From the NCBI GenBank assembly GCA_963575745.1, contig CAUYUJ010000226.1, positions 248,001 through 312,000 of the forward strand: a DNA stretch of 64,000 nt. The letters are read 5' to 3'. The position numbers were made by a program, and so were the translations under genes. The notes under the pieces are model-generated. The model did not search any database and was not told where the DNA came from. It worked only from the letters and a program-made list of their open reading frames with translations. Of the stretch, positions 11,606 to 24,395 are shown one piece after another. Position 1 is the stretch's first letter. Every line of letters begins with the position of its first letter. Source of the stretch: Prorocentrum cordatum. Taxonomy: Eukaryota.

Positions 11606-12811
11606 GGCTCGGCGCAATGAGCAGATCATCTTTCGCCTGCAGCCTTGCGATGTGTCCAGACGTATCACGCCAGCGGAAAACACGTCTGCTAGCGAGGACT
11701 CCAAACAGTAGGGCATTACTTTGCCGACGTGGTACAAGATAACGTGGTGCAAGCTATGTGGTGCAAGCCACGCGGTGCAGTATGTGTGTGCTGTAAGACT
11801 TGCGGTGCAGCGAGTGTGGGGGGCAAGGTGTGTGGTGTAAATATCATACGCTTCGCGCACGGTGTGAAGCAAGCTGTCTAACGCAAGCTATGTGGTGCAA
11901 GCCATGCTGTGCCAGCCATGTTTGGCGAGCTGTGTGTGTGTGTTGTAGTATGTGTGAGCTATACGGTGGAATATGTGCGGTGCAAGTTATGCGGTAAGCA
12001 ACACGAGGCGCCCCCGGGCGCCCATCATGCGAAAATTCGGCGCACACATCCAGCGAACAGGGCGTTCATGAGGCGGCCCACGGCCGCCCACCAGGCCAAA
12101 ACACCAGAACACCCATCCAACCACTCATCGGTAAGAAGTAAGGGCAAGTCAACGTAAGCACTGCATGGGAAACGACACCAGTTGGAGGATTGCTGCTGCC
12201 CTGTGCATCTCAACCAACGCCCAGTACATCCACTCTCGTCTGCATTCCCTTGCTGTGCGAAAGCTGCGGGTGCTCTGGCGAATCAGTTATTCGCGCCTGG
12301 TGGAGGGGGGTGGGTGTGGAGAGAAGATTTGGGGGGGCTGGTGACACCCTGGGAGTAGACGCAACTGAGGCGTTGTGAAAACAGTTCGTTTGTGTTGAGC
12401 TCGATGCGCCAGGGTGCTTTCACTCTAGTGCTTCGCAAGGCGAGGCCCGACGCAAACGAACCGCTGCAAGCGTGGAGGGGGATGTACGACCTGGGGCCTG
12501 GCTGGAGGGAGCTCTCCATGGGTGCGCGCCTGGCATTCGCATCACATGCATCTGCCTCGTTGTTCCCCCTCATCCTCCCGGTCCTGCTCCTGTTGCTGCT
12601 TCTCTGCCTCCTGCCTCTCTCGTCGTCCCTCTCCTCGTCCCCCTCATCCCTGTCTGCTTCCTCATCCCCCTCGCTCCTCCCCCTCCGTCGCCTCATCCTC
12701 ACCCTCCTTCTCAAGCCCATCCTGTTCCTCTCTCCTCCGCAGCAGTTTGGGCTCAGCGCGACCCGCTTCCAAAGAAACAACGCACAACGCTCTAGCACCT
12801 CCTCTCGCACT

Positions 12812-13084
12812 ATGGCGCGAGCCCTCGCTGTCCTGATGTTCCTGGCGCTGCCCTGCGCCGCGTTCAACTACGGGAACTGGAAGCACATGCTGGCGCCGGA
12901 GACACTGGCAGCCGAGTTGCCAAGCCAGCAGGTGGAGCTGGACGCGGGCCTCGACAGCGTGGTCATGATGCAGACGGAGGCGACGCCATTCACGGAGCCA
13001 TCGGGCTTCGCGCACGTTGCCCTCGCCGATCGTACAGACGACGAGGCCGTGCTGACAGCCCCGCTGGTAAAGGAGGACCTCTGA
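12812..13084 (+). CDS. 90-aa tandem array protein copy 5 (ends KEDL)
   Basis: Intact paralog. Confidence 0.9.
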   Translation: MARALAVLMFLALPCAAFNYGNWKHMLAPETLAAELPSQQVELDAGLDSVVMMQTEATPFTEPSGFAHVALADRTDDEAVLTAPLVKEDL

Positions 13085-14307
13085 GGCTCGCCGCAATGAG
13101 CAAAGCATCCGTCACCTGCAGTCTTGCGATGTGTTCAGACGTATCACGCCAGTGGAAAACACGTTTGCTAGCGAGGACCCCAAACAGTAGGGCATTGCAC
13201 TGCCGATGAGGTATGTGATAATGTGGTGCAGGATATGTGGTGCAAGCCACGCGGTGCATTATGTGTGTGTGCTGTAAGCCTTGCGGTGCAGCGAGTGTGG
13301 TGCAAGGCGTGTGGTGTAACGTTTCGTCGACTTTTCGCACACGATGTGGAGCAAGCTGTCTCGTGACAGCTATGTGGTGCAAGCTGTGCTGAGTTGGCTA
13401 TGTGGGGCGAGCTGTGTGTGTGTGCGTGTGTGTTGTAAGATGTGGTGCAGGCTATGCGGTGGAAGATGTGCGGCGCAAGCTATGCGGTATGCAGCCCGAG
13501 GCGCCCTCGGGCGCCCCCTATCATGCGAGACCACGGCGCACCCAGCCAGCGAACAGGGCGCTCATGAGGCGGTCCACGGCCGCCCACCAGGCGAAAACCC
13601 CGGAACACCTTTCCAACCACTTAGCGATAAGCAGTAGGGGCAAGTCAACGCAAGCGCTGCATGGGAAACGACACCCTCGCTCGAGGCTCGTTGCTCCCCT
13701 GTGCCTCTCAACCAGCGCCCAGAATGTTCCACTCTCGTCTGCATTCCCTTTGATGTTTGAAAGCTGCGGTTGCTCTGGCGAAGGGTTTATCCTCGCCTTG
13801 CGGGGTTGGGTGGTGGAGAGAGGGTTTGGGGGGGCTGGTGGCGCCCTGGAGTAGATGCAACTGAGGCTTTGTGAAAACAGTTCGTCTGTGTTGAGCTCGA
13901 TGCGCCGGGGTGCTTTCACTCTGCTGTTTCGCAAGGCGAGGCCCGACGCAAACGAACCGCTGCAAGCGTGGATGGGGGATGTACGACCTGGGCACGGATG
14001 GAGGGAGCGCTCCACGGGTGCGCGGCTGGCATAGCGCGGCGGGTGCGTCGTTCCCCCTCATCCTCCCGCTCCTGCTCCTGTTGCGGCTGCTCCGCCTCCT
14101 TCCTCTCTCCTCGTCCTCGTCCCTCCCTCCTCGTCCCCCTCATCCCTATCTGCTTCCTCACCCCCCTCGCTCCTCCCCCTCCGTCGCCTTATTATCACCC
14201 TCCTTCTCCTGCCCTTCCTGTTCCTCTCTCCTCCGCAGCAGTTTGGGCTCAGCGCGACCCGTTTCCAAAGAAACAACGCACAACGCTCTAGCACCTCCTC
14301 TCGCACT

Positions 14308-14580
14308 ATGGCGCGAGTCTTCGCTGTCCTGATGTTCCTGGCGCTGCCCTGCGCCGCGTTCAACTACGGGAACTGGAAGCACATGCTGGCGCCGGAGACA
14401 CTGGCAGCCGAGCTGCCAAGCCAGCAGGTGGAGCTGGACGCGGGCCTCGACAGCGTGGTCATGATGCAGACGGAGGCAACGCCATTCACGGAGCCATCGG
14501 GTTTCGTGCACGTTGCCCCTGCCGATCGTACAGACGACGAGGCCGTGCTGACAGCCCCGCTGGCAAAGGAGGACCTCTGA
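14308..14580 (+). CDS. 90-aa tandem array protein copy 6 (ends KEDL)
   Basis: Intact paralog; matches ORF track 14308..14580. Confidence 0.9.
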   Translation: MARVFAVLMFLALPCAAFNYGNWKHMLAPETLAAELPSQQVELDAGLDSVVMMQTEATPFTEPSGFVHVAPADRTDDEAVLTAPLAKEDL

Positions 14581-16016
14581 GGCTCGCCGCAATGTGCAGA
14601 TCGTCACCTGCGGCCTTGCGATGTGTTCAGACGTATCACGCCAGTGGAAAACATGCTTGCCTGCGTTGCCCCCAATCAGTAGGACATTGCACTGCCGATG
14701 TTGTACAAGATAACGTGGTGCAGGCTATGTGGTGCAAGCTATGTGGTGCGAGTGTGCGTTGAAATATGTATGGTATAAGCCTTGCGGTGCAGCGTATATA
14801 GTGTCAGATGTGTTGTATAAATGGCATACATGGAGTCAGCTCCCAGTGCAAGCTATGTTTTGCAAGCTATGCTGAGTTAGCTATGTTGGGCGAGCTAGCT
14901 GTGTTGTAACGTGTGGTGTGAGCTATGTGGTGCAAGCTATGTGGTATAAGCTATTTGGTGCAAGCTGTGCGGTTTGAGACATATTGTGCAATCACTGTTC
15001 GTGGTGTAAGCCTTGTGGTGCAGCGTATGTGGGGCAAGGGGTGTTGTGGAAGTAATCGATGTGGCGCGCTATGTGGAGCAACCTGTCTAGTGACAGCTAC
15101 GTGGTGCAAGCTATGCTGAGTTAGCTATGTGGGGCGAGGTTTGTGTATTGTGATATGTGGTGGGATTATACGGTGGAACATATGCCGTGCATGCTGTGCG
15201 GTAAGCAGCACGAGTCGCCCACGGGCGCCCCCATCGTGCGAAACCACGGCAGATCCAGCCAGCGAACGCTCATGAGGCGGTCCACGGCCGCCCACCAGGC
15301 GAAACCCAGGAACACCCTTCCAGCCACTTAGCGATAAGAAGTGAGGGCTAGTCAACGTAGGCGCTACTTTGGAAACAACGCCTTCGCGCGAGGCTTGTTG
15401 CTCCTCTGTTCCTCTCAACCAACGCCCAGTATATCCACTCTCGTCTGCATTCCCTTTGCTGTGCGAAAGCTGCGGGTATTCTGGCGAATCAGTTATCCGC
15501 GCCTGGTGGAGAGGGGTGGGTGGTGGAGAGAAGGTTTGGTGGGGCTGGTGGCGCCCTGGGAGTAGATGCGACTGAGGCGTTGTGAAAACAGCCCGTCTGT
15601 GTTGAGCTCGATGCGCCGGGGTGCTTTCACTCTGCTGCTTTGCAAGGCGGGTCCGACGCAAAGGAACCGCTGCAAGCGTGGGGGATGTACGACCTGGGGC
15701 CTGGCTGGAGGGAGCGCTCCATAGGTGCGCGGCTGGCATTCGCATCACATGCCTCTGCCTCGTCGTTCCCCCTCATCCTCCCGGTCCTGCTCCTGTTGCG
15801 GCTGCTCCGCCTCCTGCCTCTCTCGTCGTCCCTCCCTCCTCGTCCCCCTCATCCCTATCTGCTTCCTCACCCCCCTCGCTCCTCCCCCTCCGTCGCCTTA
15901 TTATCACCCTCCTTCTCAAGCCCTTCCTCTTTCTCTCTCCTACGCAGCAGTTTGGGCTCAGCGCGACCCGCTTCCAAAGAAACAACGCACAACGCTCTAG
16001 CACCTCCTCTCGCACT

Positions 16017-16289
16017 ATGGCGCGAGTCTTCGCTGTCCTGATGTTCCTGGCGCTGCCCTGCGCCGCGTTCAACTACGGGAACTGGAAGCACATGCTGGCG
16101 CCGGAGACACTGGCAGCCGAGCTGCCAAGCCAGCAGGTGGAGCTGGACGCGGGCCTCGACAGCGTGGTCATGATGCAGACGGAGGCAACGCCATTCACGG
16201 AGCCATCGGGTTTCGTGCACGTTGCCCCTGCCGATCGGTCTGACCTCGAGGCCGTGCTGACAGCCCCGCTGGCAAAGGAGGACCTCTGA
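16017..16289 (+). CDS. 90-aa tandem array protein copy 7 (ends KEDL)
   Basis: Intact paralog. Confidence 0.9.
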   Translation: MARVFAVLMFLALPCAAFNYGNWKHMLAPETLAAELPSQQVELDAGLDSVVMMQTEATPFTEPSGFVHVAPADRSDLEAVLTAPLAKEDL

Positions 16290-16834
16290 GGCTCGCCGCA
16301 ATGTGCAGATCGTCACCTGCGGCCTTGCGATGTGTTCAGACGTATCACGCCAGTGGAAAACATGCTTGCCTGCGTTGCCCCCAATCAGTAGGACATTGCA
16401 CTGCCGATGTTGTACAAGATAACGTGGTGCAGGCTATGTGGTGCAAGCTAGGATGTGGTGCGAGCTGTGCGTTGCAACATGTGTGGTGTAAGCCATGCGG
16501 TGCAGCGTATGTAGTGTCAGATCTGTGGTGTAAACAGCATAAATGGAGCAAGCTGCCCAGTGCAAGCTATGTGGTGCAAGCTATGCTGAGTTAACTATGT
16601 CGGGCGAGCTAGTTGTGTTGTACCGTGTGGTGTAAGCTATGTGGTGGAATTAATCACTTGCCGAATTTGAAGTTCTCAACTCCACTGCTCGCGCAATCAT
16701 CCCACCCACCCACCCACCCGCAACTTGGTTTGCAAACCCATGCGGGACCGAGCACAGATATCGCTCCGGGGTCGTTTTGGAGCCATCGGGGGCGTCTCAA
16801 GAGCGCCCCAAGAAGGCCGGAGAAGCAAGACGGT

Positions 16835-17375
16835 CGACGACGACGACGACGACGACGACGGTGGCGACGACGCCGACGTCGACGACGACGAAGACGACGC
16901 CGACGCCGACGACGACGAAGACGACGACGTCGCCAACGAAGACGACGACGAGGGAGGAGGGAGGACGACGACGGCGACAACGACGACAACGACGACAACG
17001 ACGACAACGAGGGAGGAGGGAGGACGGCGACGACGCGAACGACGAAGAAGGAGGAAGGACGGCGACGCCGACGACGACGACGACGAGGGAGGAGGGAAGA
17101 CGACGACGAGACGACGACGACGACAACGACGACGACGACGGCGATGAAACAGGAGGGACGACGACGATACGCCGACGACGGACGACGAGGACGACGACGA
17201 CGACGACGAGGGAGGAGGAGGAAGGACGACCACGGCGACAACGACGACGGACACGACCACGACGCCAAAGAAGACGACGACGACGAACACGAGGAAAGAC
17301 ACAGGACGTCGTAGGCGACGACGACGACGACGACGCGGGAGGAGGGAGGACGGCGATGACGACGACGACGACGCC
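16835..17375. repeat. (GAC)n compound microsatellite
   Basis: Direct inspection; similar tracts at about 50760-51020, 53585-53830 and 55855-55975. Confidence 0.9.
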
Positions 17376-17414
17376 GCAAGAGCGCGCGCGCACGCTTTTG
17401 TTGAAAATCCGTGT

Positions 17415-17835
17415 TGCGAAACCTTGTGTTTTTGTAGGTTTTTTTGACGCGCGATTTTGAAACCCTTCCGAAACCAATGGGTTTTGAAGGATTTCGGCGT
17501 ACGTGCGCGACGACGCGCGCGTCTGCACTTCGTCCAATTTTTTGCAGAGGATTCTCGCGACTACACACGCGCCAGGGCGTTCGACAGATTTCGACATGCG
17601 CGCGCGACGCCCGTTTGGTAGCATGTTGTGAAAATCTTGAAAAGCAAATGGTTGTCTTGAGATTTCGCAAGAGCTCGCGCGTAAGCTATCTTAGCAAATC
17701 AGTGTTACGAAACCTTGTGTTTTTGTATGTTTTTTGGACGCGCGATTTTGAAACCCTTCCGAAACCAATGGGTTTGAAGGATTTCGGCGTACGCGCGCGA
17801 CGACGCGCGCGTCTGCACTTCGTCCCATTTGTTGT
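17415..17835 (+). repeat. ~130-bp direct repeat pair within a ~1.4-kb insert (about 16647-18060) in the array spacer
   Basis: cgaaaccttgtgttttt...gtctgcacttcgtcc at about 17417 and 17708. Confidence 0.75.
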
Positions 17836-18748
17836 AAGGGATTTGTGAAAAAGTGCTGCATTATAACAACAACTGTCACCGCATAGTGTTTTTTTTGCAA
17901 GGGAACCTCAGGGGGGGATACCGTTTGACTTGGGACATTGTGATTTCATATTTAGGATGGACATGTGGTCCGAATCATATGTGATTTTCATACCCGAAAG
18001 GGGGGGGACGATAACTCCGGGTGGGGGGGTGGAGTCCATTCTCTTTTAAGAAAGGAGAATCTATGTGGTGTACGCTATGAGGTCCAAGCTATGTGCAAAC
18101 AATGTTTGTGGTGTAAGCCTTGTGGTGCAGCGTATGTGGGGCAAGGGGTGTTGTGGAAGTAATCGATGTTGCGCGCTATGTGGAGCAGACTGTCTAGTGA
18201 CAGCTACGTGGTGCAAGCTATGCTGAGTTTGCTATGTGGGGCGAGCTTTGTCTATTGTGATATGTGGTGGGCATAATACGGTGGAACATGTGCCGTGCAT
18301 GCTGTGGAGTAAGCAACACGAGTCGCCCACGGGCGCCCCCATCATGCGAAACCACGGCACACCCAGCCAGCGAACAGGGCGCTCATGAGGCGGTCCACGG
18401 CCGGGCACCAGGCGAAACCCCAGAACACCCTTCCAATCACTTGGCGATAAGAAGTAGGGGCAAGTCAACGCAAGCGCTGCATGGGAAACAACACCCTCGC
18501 TCGAGGCTTGTTGCTCCCCTGTTCCTCTCAACCAACGCCCAGAATGTTCCCCTCTCGCATGCATACCCTTTGATGTGTGAAAGCTGCCGTTACTCTGGCG
18601 AATCAGTTATCCGCGCCTGGCGGAGGGGGGTGGGTGGTGAAGAGAGGGTTTTGGGGGGCCGGTGGCTCCCTGGGAGTAGATGCGACTGAGGCTTTGTGAA
18701 GACAGTTCGTCTGTGTTGAGCTCGATGCGCCGAGGTGCTTTCACTCTA

Positions 18749-18944
18749 TCGGGCCGGGCGAAAGGGGGGGATTGGGAAAGGGGGGGTTACGAAATCTGCT
18801 GCATGCAGCTGGTTTCGGCCTCACCGAGGGGCCCAGTCCTCGATACATAGCCGCCTCCGGCGCCGGGAGGCGCCGGAAAAATCAGCTACGGGAGCTGATT
18901 CTCAAACCCCCCCCTTTGCTATCCCCCCCTTTCGCCCGACCCGA
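18749..18944. mobile_element. MITE family B (TCGGG...CCCGA termini, 5-bp TSD CTCTA)
   Basis: TIRs TCGGGCCGGGCGAAAGGGGGG / CCCCCCTTTCGCCCGACCCGA. CTCTA at 18744-48 and 18945-49. Empty site cactctagtg in the paralogous spacer at about 12421. Confidence 0.92.
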
Positions 18945-19412
18945 CTCTAGTGCTTTGCAAGGTGAGGCCCGACGCAAACGAACCGCCTCAAACGTGGAGG
19001 GGGGGGGGCTGTACGACCTGGGGCATCCCCCTTAACCCGAGTCTTACGCCTCCCCGACCCTGCACGGCCGGCCCCGAGGAGGAAGGCTGACCCTGCCAGG
19101 TCAGGGGCGCCCTCACGCCCCCTGCGTCTCGCAAACCGTGCCTCCTGCATACCTAACAGGAGGAGGAGGAGGAGGAGGAGGAGGAGGAGGAGGAGGAGGA
19201 GCAGGAGGAGGAGGAGGAGGAGGAGGAGGATGGCTGTGTGGACCCCGGGAGGGTCTCGTGTCCTCTCGCGTGCCCCGTCCCAGCGAGGCCGACTGCGAGT
19301 CCTTGGCTCGTGCGCCGGGGTGATCTGCCGTGCGGGCGCCCGTCGCCGCCTCTCGTCGCCACCTCGCGTTGCCGGCTGGATGGCACCGCACGGCTTGCAT
19401 CGCACAGCTTCC

Positions 19413-19638
19413 GAGCCCCGAATCATCAGGGGTAACTCGGGTCAGGGATAACTCGGGTTCGTTTTTCGGGAATCCAAACCCGAGTTACCCCGGACCCGAG
19501 TTACCCCGGATAACTCGGGCGTCCAGAGCCCCACATCATCAGGGGTAACTCGGGTCAGGGCTCATTCGGGTTCGCTTTTCGGGATTCCGAACCCGAGTTA
19601 CCCCGGACCCGAGTTACCCCGGATAAGTCGGGCGCCCA
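19413..19638 (+). repeat. Tandem dimer of 113-bp hairpin-rich unit (gtaactcggg / cccgagttac)
   Basis: Units start at 19413 and 19526; the same dimer recurs at 54299-54524. Confidence 0.85.
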
Positions 19639-21124
19639 GCAGCTTGCGCCGCACAGACCTGCTCCTCTTCCTGAGCGCTGGGTTTTTTGTTCCGGTGGAT
19701 CCTGTGTTGTTGTGATATCTCGTGGGAGCTGTTGCGCTGCTTGAACAGGGTGGCTCACGGGTCCCCTCGTACAGTCTCCAAAGTTGTCTTCACGGAGGCC
19801 ATGCAGGATGCAGATCTCGCGTTGCAGCCTCAGGCGTTCGGAGTTCGGAGATGTCGCCCCCCTCGGACCACGAGTAACAGCTTGCATCACAGAGGGCACC
19901 CCGACGGTGCACGAGCCCGCTGCTCGGGGTTGCGCTGGCAGACATGCCTCCACACCGTCTGTCGCTCCCCCCCTCCTCCTCCCCGCCGAAGATTTCGAGG
20001 CGGATCCGGCCGTGGTGACGAGGTCCCAGAAAGGCGAAGATCGTGTCGGACGAAATGGGGGGCTTGTCGGACGGGGCTAGGATGAAGATAGATGTTAGAG
20101 CGTTCCGGAACGCTCTGAGAAGGCCGCGGCGCCCGAGGCATATGTTGGAGCCGTCGAATCTCAGAGATTCTCGATTTGTCCTGATCCGAGCTCATCCTCG
20201 CCCTGGCTGCGCCTTGAGCAGGGCAGCGGCATCGGCGCACCCTTCCCCGCGCCGAGACCGCCGCCCCGCAGCCCCCGCGGCAAGGGCCATCGGCTCCAGC
20301 CCTCGGGTGCGAGCTCGCGCGCGTGGGTGTGTCGCCGCCGCCGTCGGAGGAGGAGGAGGAGGAGGGAGGGCGGGCCAGGGAGGAGGGCGAGGGAGAGGCG
20401 TCGGGGTGCGCGAGGGGGAGCGGGGGCGAGGAGGGCGGGGCGGGCGAGGGAGGGCGGGCGAGGGAGAGGCGTCGGCGTCGCCCCGCCCATGCAATCACGA
20501 GGTGTGCGTCGCCCCTGGAGGTGCGACGCGCGCGCCGAGAAATCTGATCGGCAGCGGACGCTTTCTGGCCATGCCGCTCGGGAGACGATACACGTATGCA
20601 GTTTTGTTGTGCTACGTGTTAGGGTCGGACGCACGCCTCCGAGGAGGGCACGTACTACTGGTATGCCTTTGTGCGTCCCGAGAGTCTTAGCTAGGTGCGC
20701 GCGCGCGCGTCCCATCCCTCTATGCCCTCCCCTCCCATCGCGCTGAGTTTATTTCCATCCGCAGACGCATGTCATCGCTGACCTGGGACTCCAATAATGA
20801 CCCTGGCGCAATCGGAAAAGGGGGATCTGCGTTCACAGGAGGGGAAGGAGGAGGTGGCGATTGAGCAGGAGTATGAGCAGGAGGACCAGGAGGAGGGAGG
20901 AGGAGGAGGAGGAGGAGGAGGAGGACGACGAACGCCAGCAACATGAGCTGGAGTGGAAGGCGTGGGAGGAGCAGGTTGCCCAGGGGCGACAACGATTTAA
21001 AACAGGGCTCGCATCCGGAAAAGTGGCCCGCGATGGGACGAGAGGAGCACAGCGCTCTCCCACACAGAGCCAGGAGAGAGAGGAGAGTTGCATTCATAGT
21101 GTGAATAGCTGGATGAGCTAGGGT

Positions 21125-22058
21125 GAGGAGGATGTGGAGGGCGAGGAGGAGGAGGACGAAGGAGAAGGAGGAGGAGGAGGAGGAGGAGGAGGAGGAGGAG
21201 GAGGAGGAGGAGGAGGGACGAAGGGACGGAGGGAGGAAGAGGGACGGAGGGAGGAGTGAGGGAGGAGGAGGAGGAGAGAGGAGGAGGAGGAGGAGGCAGG
21301 GAGGGAGGAGGGAGGGCGACGCTGGAGGGGAGGGCGGGACTCCTCGCCCTGCCGCGCGCCACCCCCCAGGCGTCCTGGAGCAGCAGCTGGGCTGCCTGCA
21401 GGAGGGCAGGAGCAGGAGCGTGGAGGCCGAGGAGCTGCGTCGGAGGACCGCCCGCCCGCCCCGCCCCGACCCCCCTCTCGCCTCGGCACCGCTCGGACGT
21501 GCTGCTGCCGTGTCGGCGAGGAGCATCGGGGAGCCCCCTTTGCGAGCAAGCGCCGCGCACGGCGTCGAAGCGCGCGCGGGGCATGGGCGTCCCCCGGCGA
21601 TGGCGAGCTCGCCCCCCGTCCGCCCCCGCGGGGCGGCCTGCTCCGACAGTGCTCGGGAAGAGGGGAGGCGACCGACGCGAGGCGGGGAAGGAGGATGAGG
21701 AGGGTCAGGAGGCTGCGGAGGAGAATTCTATTCTGTACACGTTGTACCATCCCTTCCCCCTCTGCCTTCCTTTGCTGCTGTTCGTCCCCTCTTCACTGCT
21801 GCTCGTCCCCTCTTCACTTTACAACATACCGCCCGCGACTCCCGAGGCGACCGCCCCGAGAGTCGCCTGGTTCACTACGTAGTGATCACCTACCCCCCAG
21901 GGCCAAGAGAGGGGGAGACGGGTCGAAAAGGGGGAGGAGGAGGAGGAGGAGGAGGAGGAGGAGGAGGAGGAGGAGGAGGAGGAGGAGGAGGAGGAGGAGG
22001 AGGAGGCGCAGGAGACGTCAAAGACGCAGGAGGCGGAGGAGGCGCAGGACGGGCCGAG

Positions 22059-22100
<42 letters not shown>

Positions 22101-24395
22101 ACGGGAGAGAGGCGGAGGAGGGGGAAGGAGGAGGCGCAGGAGGAGGGGGGAGCGGAGCAGGAGGATGATGAGGAGGAGTCGAAGGAGGTGCAGGAGAGGG
22201 AGGAGGCGCAGAAGGAGGGGGCAGGGAAGCAGGAGGAGGAGGGAGGAGGAGGAGGAGGAGGAGGAGGAGGAGGAGGAGGAGGAGGCGCAGGAGGAGGAGG
22301 ATGCGCAGGAGGCGCAGGAGGATGAGGGGTGGGGGAGGAGGATGGGGAGGAGGAGGAGGAGCACATCTTATGGGGATCGATGAGCTAGCCGGTCCAGTCC
22401 AGCGGAGGCTCATCACCATTGCAGCGCGCGTTGCCAGCCATGCCCCAGACAGTTGTGGGGCTTCGCCTCGGAGGCAGGCGGGGGATGGGGCGGAGGGGCC
22501 TAAAGCGTGCGAAGACGCTGCCATCGGTCGGACCCAACGCCAAGCGAAGACTGGTGCCGAGGGCATCTTCTCGGCGACCTGCCCCGGCCGACCCACGGCC
22601 CAGGTCCCGCGTCTGCAGTTGGCTCGCCTCCCCATGCCGGGGCCTCCATCTGCAGCTTGACCCTACCCACAGGTTGGAGGAGGAGGTGAGAATGATGATG
22701 ATGAGGAGGAGGAGGAGGAGGAGGAGGAGACAGGAGGAGGAGGAGGAGACAGGGTGAGGAGGGAGGTGGATCGCAGGTGCAGGAGACAGGGAACATAGTA
22801 TCGTAGGAGGAGGGGAAGGAGGCGGAGGGAGGATGGAGGGGAATGAGGAGGAGGAGGAGGAGGAGGAGGAGGAGGAGCAGGAGGAGGTACAGACGCGGTG
22901 ATCTTTCGATCAACGTCGGTGCAGCCCAAAAAGGAGGGGGAAGAAGAGGAGGAGTCGGGAGGGGTATGAATCGGAGGTGGAGGAGGATAAGGATAAGGGG
23001 ACCTTGGTCCTCCCTCCAGGAGAGGCGCCGAGGTGCGTCCCTCCCTTCCTCCTGTGGTGGTGGGTCCCGCGTTCGGGCCATCACCGCACGTGCACCGCTC
23101 AGCCGCCTTCGCATACAGGCGCATCTGTTCATAGATCTTTTTATCTCACATACACATGTGCATATGACGTCGCTTCGTTCGGTCGCTCCCCTCTTCTCTT
23201 TCGTACCCCTTGGTTGCTCGTGCCCTCCGCCTGCCGTTGGCCAGGGGGAAACTTACGAGGGCTCCAAGCTAGCAGTAGCAGCAGCAGAACCGTCCGCATC
23301 TCGAAGCTCGAAGGAGGAGGAGGAGGCGGAGGAGGAGGAGGAGGAGGAGGAGGAGGAGGAGGAGGAGCAGCCTTCCCTGCCCACCCCGCCCCACCCCGCC
23401 TCCTCCCTTCTACAATTATTCAATGTGAGTACTACTCTCCTCTCTCCCCTGAGTCTGTGGCGGAATCTGTCTCGGAGTGTTCGGCCCCCCTTCGCGTATT
23501 GTTTTTCCACAGGATGTCGTCAAGTGGGGTTTCTCTTTCTGGGTTTTTTGTTTCAAAATGCTGCTCTCGCCGAGGCGCTGGCCTCCTTTTCGGGCTTCCG
23601 CTTGTTCCGAATCGTGCTCCCGCTGCAGCGTTGGCTTCATTTCCGCGCTTCCGCTCATTCCAAATCGTGTTCCCGCTCGAGCGTTGGCCTTGTTTCCGCG
23701 CTTCCGCTCGTTCCGACTCGTGTTCCCGCTGCAGTGCTGGCGTCATTATTTCCAGCCCCATGCCACGGCATGGTTTTCGGTCCTTCCAAATAGGACCTCA
23801 ATACTAGAAAATGGCCCCGCGTCGCCACGCCATGCTACGTCATGCTACGCGTTGATCTTCAGCACCATGCTATGCCATGTAATGCTATGCCCTGCCACGG
23901 CATCCGACTGTGCGAATAGAGAGGAGATCTACGCCATGGTAAGGGATGGGAGGGAGGGGTAGGACGTCAGATAGGACGCGAGCGCACCTAGCTTGCCCAC
24001 TCCCCCTTCTCTGCCCCCCCTCCCCTGGCATGTGTTGCTCCCGCCCCGGATCCTGACCCCAAGAGGTGCCCTGAGGCCTGACAAGGGCCGAAGACGTCCA
24101 ACAACCGTCCGAGGACGTGCGAAATCCCCCCCCGACCCTCGAGGAGGGCCGAGGGCAAAACTTGGGACCTCCAGAGGCCCGAGGAGGAGGAGGAGGAGGA
24201 GAAGGAGGAGTAGGAGGAGGAGGAGGAGGAGGAGGAGGAGGAGGAGGAGGAGGAGGAGGAGGTCGAGGAGGAGGAGGAGGAGGAGGAGGAAGAGGAGGAG
24301 GAGAAGGAATGGAGGAGGAATGGAGGAGGAATGGAGGAGGAATGAAGGAGGAATGGAGGAGGAGGAGGAGGAGGAGGAGGAGGAGGAGGAGGACT
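21125..24395. repeat. Cluster of (GGA)n microsatellites
   Basis: Multiple long GGA tracts; also at about 19158-19229, 26385-26520, 35095-35175, 36553-36690 and (CCT)n at 45263-45780. Confidence 0.9.

Larger units (their letters stand above)
5610..19025 (+). repeat. Tandem gene array of 1.3-2.4 kb units; spacers contain degenerate gctatgtggtgcaa-type short repeats
   Basis: Homologous spacer blocks recur before and after every CDS. The last unit (about 18060-19025) has spacer sequence but breaks off before the CDS. Confidence 0.9.

Noticed and set aside
16637..18070. 10-bp TSD (ctatgtggtg) around the 1.4-kb insert
   Set aside because: That motif is natively repeated in the spacer, so the duplication is not diagnostic.
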